From the human T2T-CHM13v2.0 reference genome, Homo sapiens: DNA of 64,000 bases. Below are positions 56,666 to 64,000 of this stretch, piece after piece. A model generated the notes under the pieces. That model made no database searches. It was not told the DNA's origin and saw only the letters and a list, made by a program, of their open reading frames with translations. The stretch lies in NCBI RefSeq assembly GCF_009914755.1, contig NC_060936.1. One strand, 5' to 3'. Positions within the stretch are counted from its first letter, which is position 1; the number at the start of each line of letters is the position of its first letter. The translations under genes and the position numbers were made by a program.

Positions 56666-57571
56666 TGTCAGGGTGCAAGCAGTGCTGGACATCACTGCCT
56701 CTCCAGGTCTCGTCTCTACTCTTCCCTGCCCTCCTCCACACCATTACCAATTGCACCCAAGGGCTCCTATGGCCTTTGGCTTCCTGTCAGACTTGGCCTG
56801 TGGTAGCCAGAGAGAGGCTCTCTCTACAGCTCCACTCCCTGGGCCCTGGCTACCACCTCCTTCTTTGCCTCTTCAGGTCTAAGATAGTAATGGCTCCCCA
56901 TTGTTAAGACCCACAAAGCACTGCATCATGCATGCCCTTGTTTCCTCTTGCTCCTGTCCAGCCCAGTGGATATCTATGCTCCTGTCCACCCCAGTGGATA
57001 TCTATGCTCCTGCCCAACCAGTGGATATCTATGCTCCTGCCCAACCAGTGGGTATCTATGCTCCTGTCCACCCCAGTGGATATCTATGCTCCTGCCCAGC
57101 CAGTGGATATCTATCCTCCTGTCCACCCCAGTGGATATCTAGGCTCCTGCCACCCCAGTGGATATCTATGCTCCTGTCCACCCCATGGATATCTAGGCTC
57201 CTCTCCACCCGAGTGGATATCTATGCTCCTGTCCACCCGAGTGGATATCTATGCTCCTGTCCACCCCAGTGGATATCTAGGCTCCTGTCCACCCCAGTGG
57301 ATATCTATGCTCCTGTCCACCCAGTGGATATCTATGCTCCTGTCCACCCCAGTGGATATCTATGCTCCTGTCCACCCAGTGGATATCTATGCTCCTGTCC
57401 ACCCGAGTGGATATCAATGCTCCTGTCCACCCAGTGGATATCTAGGCTCCTATCCACCCGAGTGGATATCTATGCTCCTGTCCACCCCAGTGGATACCTA
57501 GGCTCCTGTCCACCCCGGTGGATATCTATGTCATATGCCCTCCGTGTTCTTCTAGGACTCTGATGAATGCA
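56666..57571 (+). mobile_element. LTR33-like ERVL LTR hosting the VNTR
   Basis: gggctcctatggcctttggcttcctg...tggcc and terminal ...ctaggactctgatgaatgca resemble LTR33; family name from recall. Confidence 0.5.
56949..57531. repeat. 27-28 bp GC-balanced minisatellite (VNTR), about 21 copies
   Basis: Consensus TGCTCCTGTCCACCCCAGTGGATATCTA; explains ORFs 56901..57563 and 56932..57501. Confidence 0.98.
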
Positions 57572-58284
57572 AAATTCATGAGTAAACCTAGAAAAGAGCA
57601 AAAAGTACAGCTGGCTCCCCAGGCTTCCCAGGGTTGAGTCCAGCTATGGGGACAAGGTTTATGTCTCCATTTTGCCTGGATGCATCTAATTTGAGAGTTG
57701 TCTCAAAGAAGCAGAAAGATCCACACAACAAAAGAACACGCTTGGGTTTTAAAATAAACTTTGTTAAATAAAAAGGCTTTAAACAAACTTTGTAGCTGGA
57801 GGCCTTCTGCCATATTTACAGGCACCAGCAACACCGTGGTAGCTGTTTCCAAGATTTGCAGCCTCCCAAACTCCTGCAGAGGCTGGTGACAGGACTGGCA
57901 GCTTATCTGCGATCTGGGGGAGGGCAGAGTGCTTCCATTTTGTGCCTGTGGAGTTCTAATTCCAAACACCACCACCAGCAGCCTAAAAAGACAAAAGCAG
58001 AAATTAGAGTGGTCTCAGATAAGCAGGTAGCTTGGGAAGAGAGATTGGAAGGGAAGGTTTGAGGAAATAATCTAACAGTCTAAAGTCCGTTAAAGTAAAT
58101 ATAGACCATGCATTTTTTTTTTGTTTTTTTTTTCTTAAATTATATAAAGTAAGTCATGGAGCAGGAGGGAAGGCTAGGTAATATAATAATGACATAATCA
58201 GTGTTGAGGCCAGAGAAATGTGGACAAGCCAGGCCATGAGAAAGTTTCGTTCAATCCACCTGGTATTGTCTGAATGTTAGAATT

Positions 58285-61200
58285 CTAGACTTCCACATCT
58301 GAGAGCTGGAGTAGATGTACTTTTCCCTATTCCTCCTGCTAAGTAGAGCTAACATCCATGCTTTACATTATGTGTAAAGCAAACAGGACCCAAGGAACAA
58401 TAGGACGGTGAAATCTCTGGTTTTATTTTTGCCTCATGTAATCTAAATTGAGTGCTAGAGATGCTGATGCTTCAGAAACACCAATGGATGCAGATGAAAA
58501 AGGCCCTAAGTCTGCTCTTTTTATCTCAAACATAAGGAAAGAAACAGACTAGCCAGACAGAAAAGTTTTAGATAATTATGCTGCTTCAGCCACATACCAC
58601 AGAAAAAATGATGACCCATTCTACCACTGCCAGTCAAGATTGAGACTTGACCTTCTCCACTAGTCACGGTGAAGGAGACCAACCTTCCTGTGTGTCAGTG
58701 GGGGACAGATGAGGAGCAGCAACAAGGCCCACTATCCCCTTCCAGTGAGCGTGGTGCTGTCAGTGGAGCCCTGAGAGTTCAGAGAGTCTGAACTCCTACC
58801 CTCACCCAGCAGCAATGAGGAGCCCCTCTCCCCAGGGGTCAAAGGAGACAGGGTGAGGAACCTGGATAGAAATGAGGCAGCATTGTTCTCCTCCATCCCT
58901 CCAACCAGAATGACATCAGAGAAAGCTGCTGAAACAAGATTAAAATAATATCCAGAGTGCTGTAGCATAATGCTTAAAGTGAGCAGGTTTGAATTTTTAA
59001 AGTCCTTCATTATACTAAGAATCAGGGAACTATCAACTCGAACGAGAAAAAGCAACTAATTGATGCCAACATGTAGATGACACACAGAATTATGTGGCTA
59101 GGATTTTAAAACAGCCATCCTGAAATTACTTCAATAAGTGATTCAAAGCACACTTGAAGCAAATGAGAAATAGAAACTTCAGCAAAGAAATAGAAAATAA
59201 ACAGCAAATAAGTAGAAGATACAAAGAGAACCAAATAGAAATTACAGAACTTAAAAAGAACTGAAATAAACAGCTCAATGAATAGGCTCAACAGCAAAAT
59301 AGAGGTGACAGAGGAAACAAGCAATTAACTGTTATATAAGACAGAACAGCAGAAATTGCTCAACCTGTTCAGAGAGAAAATAGACTAATTTTTTTTAATG
59401 TGAGACCCAGAGACACACTGGGACTATACCAATAGATTTAACATTTATGTCTTTGGAGTCTCAGAGGGGAAAAGAAAAATGGTGAGGTTGAAAAGGTACT
59501 TTAAGAAAAAATGGCTTAAAAGGCCCCCAAATTTGGCAAAAAAAACAAAAAACAAAAAAAAAAACAACAAAACATAAACCAACAGGTTCAAGACTCAGTT
59601 GACCCCAAACAGGACAATCTAAAGAATTTCATCCCAAAATGCAGTATAGCCAAACTTCTGAAAATGAAAGAGAAAAAAATCTAGAAAGCAGTGAGAGAGA
59701 AACAATACCTTATATATAGGGAGGAAACAATTTCAATAAAAGAAGATTTCTCACTAGAAACCTTGGAGGCCAGAAGAAAGTAGCAAAACCTTTTTCAAAG
59801 GCTGAAAGAAAAGAACTGTCGACTCAGGATTCTCTATCCATTTAAAATATCTTTCAGAAATGAAGGAAAATCAAGACACTAGCAGAGGGTGCAAAACTAA
59901 GTGAATCTGTTGTCAGCAAAGGTGTCCCAAAAGAACGACTAATGGAAGTTATCTTAACAGAAAGTGATAACAGAAGAGATCTTGGAATATCAGAGACAAA
60001 GAAAGAACAATGGAAAGAAGAAAAAATGGGTATGTATAATAGGCTTTCGTTCTCCTCAGTTTTCTAAATTATATTCGAGATATGAAGCAAAAATTATAAC
60101 ACTGACATGGTTCTCACCGCATGTAGAGGAAATATTTAAGATAATCATGTATGAATGTGGGAGGGTAAAGGACATGAAGAACATGAAGGGAAGTAAGGAT
60201 GACTTGAATGGGTAAAACCAGTAGACTGTGGCAAGTTATATGTATAAAATAAAATACCTGGAGCAACTGCTAAGGTCTACACTGTGCAATACACTCAAAA
60301 ACACTATAGAGAAATCAAAACAGAATTCTAAAAAATAGTCAAGTAATTCACAGGGAGTCAGTAAAAAGGAGACAAGAGAAACAAACAAAAAACAGAAATT
60401 ACAAACAGAAAACAAAAAATAAAATGAAAGACTTAAACCTTAATATCAGTAAAAGATGAGTTAGCAGATGAGTATTCAAAGGCATACAAATTGATATGAT
60501 GGACTTTGGAGACTCAGAAGGTGGGGAGAGTGAGATTGGAGTATGGGATTAAAAAATTACATATTGGGTACAGCAAACACTACGCGGGTGACAGGCGCAC
60601 AGAATTTGCTACTATGTAATTCATACATGTAACCAAAAATCACTTGTACCCTAAAAGCTACTGAAATGAAAAATAAAGACAAATTAACAAAATTGATTTA
60701 TTAAATGACCCAATGATACACTGTCTATAAGAAATTTATTTCAAATATAGCTACATAAGTAGGTTGAAAATAAAGAATGAAAAATGATATGCTAAAGAAA
60801 CATTAATCAAAAGGAAGCAGGTGTGCCTATATTAATATCATATAAAGTGGACTCAGGGGAAAAGAAATTTTCAAGAGACAGAGAGAGACATTATACAATG
60901 ATAAAATAGTCAATCCACCAAGCAGATAGAGTAATCCTAAATGTTCATGCCTCAAACAACACAGCTGCAACACAAGCAAAACAAAAACCAATAGAATTAA
61001 AACGAGAAATAGACAAAACAACAATTATAGTTGGAGACTTCAACAACCTCTCTAAACAACTGATTGAAAAACTAGGCAGAAAACCAGAAAAGATGTAGAA
61101 GAACTCAACAACATCATCAACCAATTGGATCTAATTTACATTTATAGGATACACCACCAAACAACAGCAGAACGCACGTTGTTTCCAAGTGTCCACCAAA

Positions 61201-61876
61201 CAAATACCAAGATAGGCCATTTCCTGGGACATAAAACACACCTCAACAAATTTCAAAGAATTGAAATTATACTAGCTGCATTTTCGGAGCACAGTGGAAT
61301 CAAACTAGAAATCAACAACAGAAAGGTAATGGGAAATTCTCTACACACTTGAAAATAAACACACTGAGAAAATCTCAAAGACTCTCAAAAAAATACATTG
61401 GACGGAATGAAGTGAAAATAAACATATCAGAATGTGTGGCATGCAGTTAAAGCAGTGCTGTGAATACAATTTACAGCACTAATATTTTACATTACAGAAG
61501 AGAAAAAGTATAAAATCTGTAATCTAAGTTTCCACTTCAATAGCCTAGAAAAAGTAGAACAGCGTAAACCTACATCATGCAGAAGAAAATAATAGAGTAG
61601 AAATAAAAGAAATGGAAAACAAAACTAAAATTAAAAAAAGAAAAGATAGTGAAAATCAATGAAACTACGAGCTGGTTCTTTGAAACAACCAATAAATGCA
61701 ACAAACTTCTAGGAAAACTGGCAGGGAAAACAGAGGGAGAAGAAAAAATCACCAATATCAGGAATAAAACAGGGACTAAAACTACAGACTCTGTACACAT
61801 CGAACGGATTAGGAGAAAACACTGCAGACAACTCTACACACATAAATTTGACAACTTGGATGAAATGGAATTTTAG
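58285..61876 (+). mobile_element. Old L1M (L1MC/MD-type) 5' UTR, ORF1 and ORF2 N-terminal remnant
   Basis: ORF 61125..61352 (DLIYIYRIHHQTTAE...IGHFLGHKTHLNKF...FSEHSGIKLEIN) matches the C-terminus of the L1 endonuclease domain; 61649..61876 (KINET.SWFFE...LY.HKFDNLDEM) matches the ORF2 linker; ORF1-like sequence at about 59.2-59.95 kb; many stops. Confidence 0.9.
60455..60677 (+). mobile_element. L1PB-type 3' end nested in the old L1
   Basis: atggactttggagactcagaagg...catattgggtacag...catgtaaccaaaaatcacttgtaccctaaaagcta. Confidence 0.75.
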
Positions 61877-61963
61877 GTATGACAGATCTTGTTGCCTCAT
61901 AAAAGGAAGAAAGAGCTTTGTGCCTATGTGATGAGATTATATCTTGATGTACAAATTTGCACC

Positions 61964-62240
61964 TTTTTTTAAATTTTTTTTTATTATACTTTAAGTTCTA
62001 GGGTACATGTGCACAATGTGCAGGTTTGTTACATATGTATACATGTGCCATGTTGGTGTGCTGCACCCATTAACTTGTCATTTACATTAGGTGTATCTCC
62101 TAATGCTATCCCTCCCCCCTCCCCCCACCCGACAACAGGCCCCGGTGTGTGATGTTCCATCATTCTCAGCAAACTATCGCAAGGACAAAAAACCAAACAC
62201 CGCATGTTCTCACTCATAGGTGGGAACTGAACAATGAGAA
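61964..62240 (-). mobile_element. L1PA (about PA4) 3' end with 5' inversion (twin priming)
   Basis: Poly-T plus antisense 3' UTR to 62157, then sense segment 62157-62240; TSD aaatttgcacctt (61953-61965) / aaatttgcatctt (62239-62251). Confidence 0.93.
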
Positions 62241-62406
62241 ATTTGCATCTTTCATAAGTACTTTCTTCACCTTTCATTTTCTCATTCTTCTAAGTATCTG
62301 TGAATGCCAGAGACCAGCCCTGTGGCCAGCAATCTTCTGATGGCCCTGAGAATCTGCCCTGCAACATTATCTTCCTGCCCACTGTGCCATCATCCTAGAA
62401 AATCTA

Positions 62407-63245
62407 TTTTTTGGTATAAATTTAAGGGGCACAATTATAATTTTGTTACCTGGCTATATTACATAGTGGTGAAGTTTGGGCTTTTAGTGCATCTATCATC
62501 TGAATAATATATCTTGTAATCATTAAGTAATTTCTCATCCCTCACTCTCCTTCCATCCCCGCACCCTTCCAAGTTTCCAACGATTATTATTTTATTCTCT
62601 ATGTCCATCTGTACACATTTTTTAGCTCCCACATGTAAGTGAGAACATGGGGTATTTGCCTTTCTGAGTTGTTTCACTTAGGATAATGACCTTCAGTTCC
62701 ATTCACTTTGCTGCAAAAGACATGATTTTATTCCTTTCTATGACTGGATAGTATTCCATTGTGTATATATACCACATTTTCTTTATCCAGTTATCTGCTG
62801 ATGGAGACTTAGGTTGATTCCATGTTTCTGCTATTGTGGATAGTGCTGTGATAAACATATAAGTGTAGGTGTCTTTTTTATGTAATGATTTTTTTCCTTT
62901 GGGTGGATGCTCAATAGTGGGATTGTTGGATCAAATGGTAAAGTTCTATTTTTAGTTCTTTGAGAATGCTCTATACTGTTTTCCATAGAGGTTGCATTAA
63001 TTTTAATTCCCACCAACAGTGTATGAGCATTACCTTTTCTCTGCATCTTTGCCAACATCTGTTATTTTTTCTTTTTAATGATAGCCATTCTGACTGGTAT
63101 AAGACGATATCTCATGGGGTTTTAATTTGCATTTCTCAAATGATTAGTGATGTTGAGCATTTTTTTCATATGCTTGTTGGCCATTTGTATGTCTTCTTTT
63201 GAGAAATGTCTATTCGTGGATTTTGCCTACTTTTTAATGGGGTAA
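62407..63245 (-). mobile_element. L1PB/L1MA-type 3' end
   Basis: gtggtgaagtttgggcttttagtg; tagctcccacatgtaagtgagaacat; taccacattttctttatcca; ttctgactggtataagacgatatctcat. Confidence 0.9.
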
Positions 63246-64000
63246 TTGAGAAAATCCAATGTTAAACGGACATTTTTTAGTTGGCCAAATACAAAACACA
63301 GGATTTAGATTTTTGGACATTTTGAAGGAATGATGGATGCATGAAGAAAGAGCTTTACACACAGCCAAGGTGGGACATGACTCTTTGGAGATTGCTCTGC
63401 AGAATTCACAGCAGTGACACATCACCTCTCTGTTGTGTTGGTGTAATACACTCTGCAACAGGTCACCCAAACTCCCAGGCATTAGAAATCAAACTCACCT
63501 CTATAAACCAAAGATTTACAAAGGAGCTACTAATATGAACTCTCTTCAGCATTTTAGATAAATATACCATGTATCATTATTTAACATAATTATCAGCATA
63601 TTGCTAAATAGGTCTTCTTTCCTGCTTGGTGTTGAGTAAAATTGAATCAAGATGGTGCAGTGGGAAGACTATGCACTTTGTGTAGGGTTCTCAAAGGACT
63701 GTGTCCTGACTCTGTCATTAATAAGCTACCTGGCCCCTTGGGCATAACCCTGCTCATCTGTGAAATGAACTGACAGTAAAAGGTTCTTCCAGATCTTATG
63801 CTTGATAGATCTCTGATGATTCATATTCTTACATAAAAGTCTAAATTGCCTGGAATTATTAATTTCTGATCTCATCCATTCCCTGCTCAGAATCTATGCA
63901 TCGCTCCCCACTGCTTTTAAAATTACCACCCAAATCCTTAGCCCCAGCTTCAAATCATGCGATGACCCTCAACATTGTCTTTCTTCTTTCCTAGTGATGG

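Noticed and set aside
56901-57563. 220-aa and 189-aa ORFs, and CRISPR-like look of a 28-bp hairpin repeat
   Set aside because: The units are contiguous with no unique spacers, there are no cas genes, and the context is eukaryotic; the ORFs are translations of the VNTR.
61125-61876. ORFs with endonuclease-like motifs as a host gene or active L1
   Set aside because: Fragments of decayed L1 ORF2 with stops, frameshifts and an altered SDH motif (SEH); no reverse transcriptase domain follows.

Overview
This is primate DNA, almost certainly human: it carries an AluYa5 with all five diagnostic bases. It is repeat-rich intergenic or intronic sequence. I find no supportable protein-coding gene, tRNA, rRNA, small RNA or CRISPR array. 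Apart from decayed L1 ORF2 remnants at about 61.1-61.9 kb, no ORF in the track translates to a protein I recognise; many are read-throughs of Alu, L1, LTR or tandem repeats. The window holds about 22 Alus or Alu fragments, several L1 remnants (three with 5'-inverted twin-priming structure), solo LTRs (THE1, MST, MLT1, LTR9-like, MER61-like, LTR33/LTR16-like), L2, MIR, MER20 and MER81, plus several tandem repeats. Between them are unique blocks rich in developmental transcription-factor motifs. The most unusual observations are: (1) a fold-back THE1 LTR doublet with two outward-facing U3 ends and one target-site duplication (32080-32701), which looks like a fossil aberrant reverse-transcription product; (2) a 24-bp tandem array built from heat-shock elements (42664-42769); (3) a 94%-identical 80-bp inverted pair inside otherwise ancient MLT1 sequence (12101-12180 / 14250-14329); (4) an old local duplication spanning an LTR/MIR junction. 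Repeat subfamily names come from my recall of consensus sequences, not from a RepeatMasker run, and boundaries of old repeats are approximate. I do not claim a new multi-gene system; the findings are structural or regulatory hypotheses.
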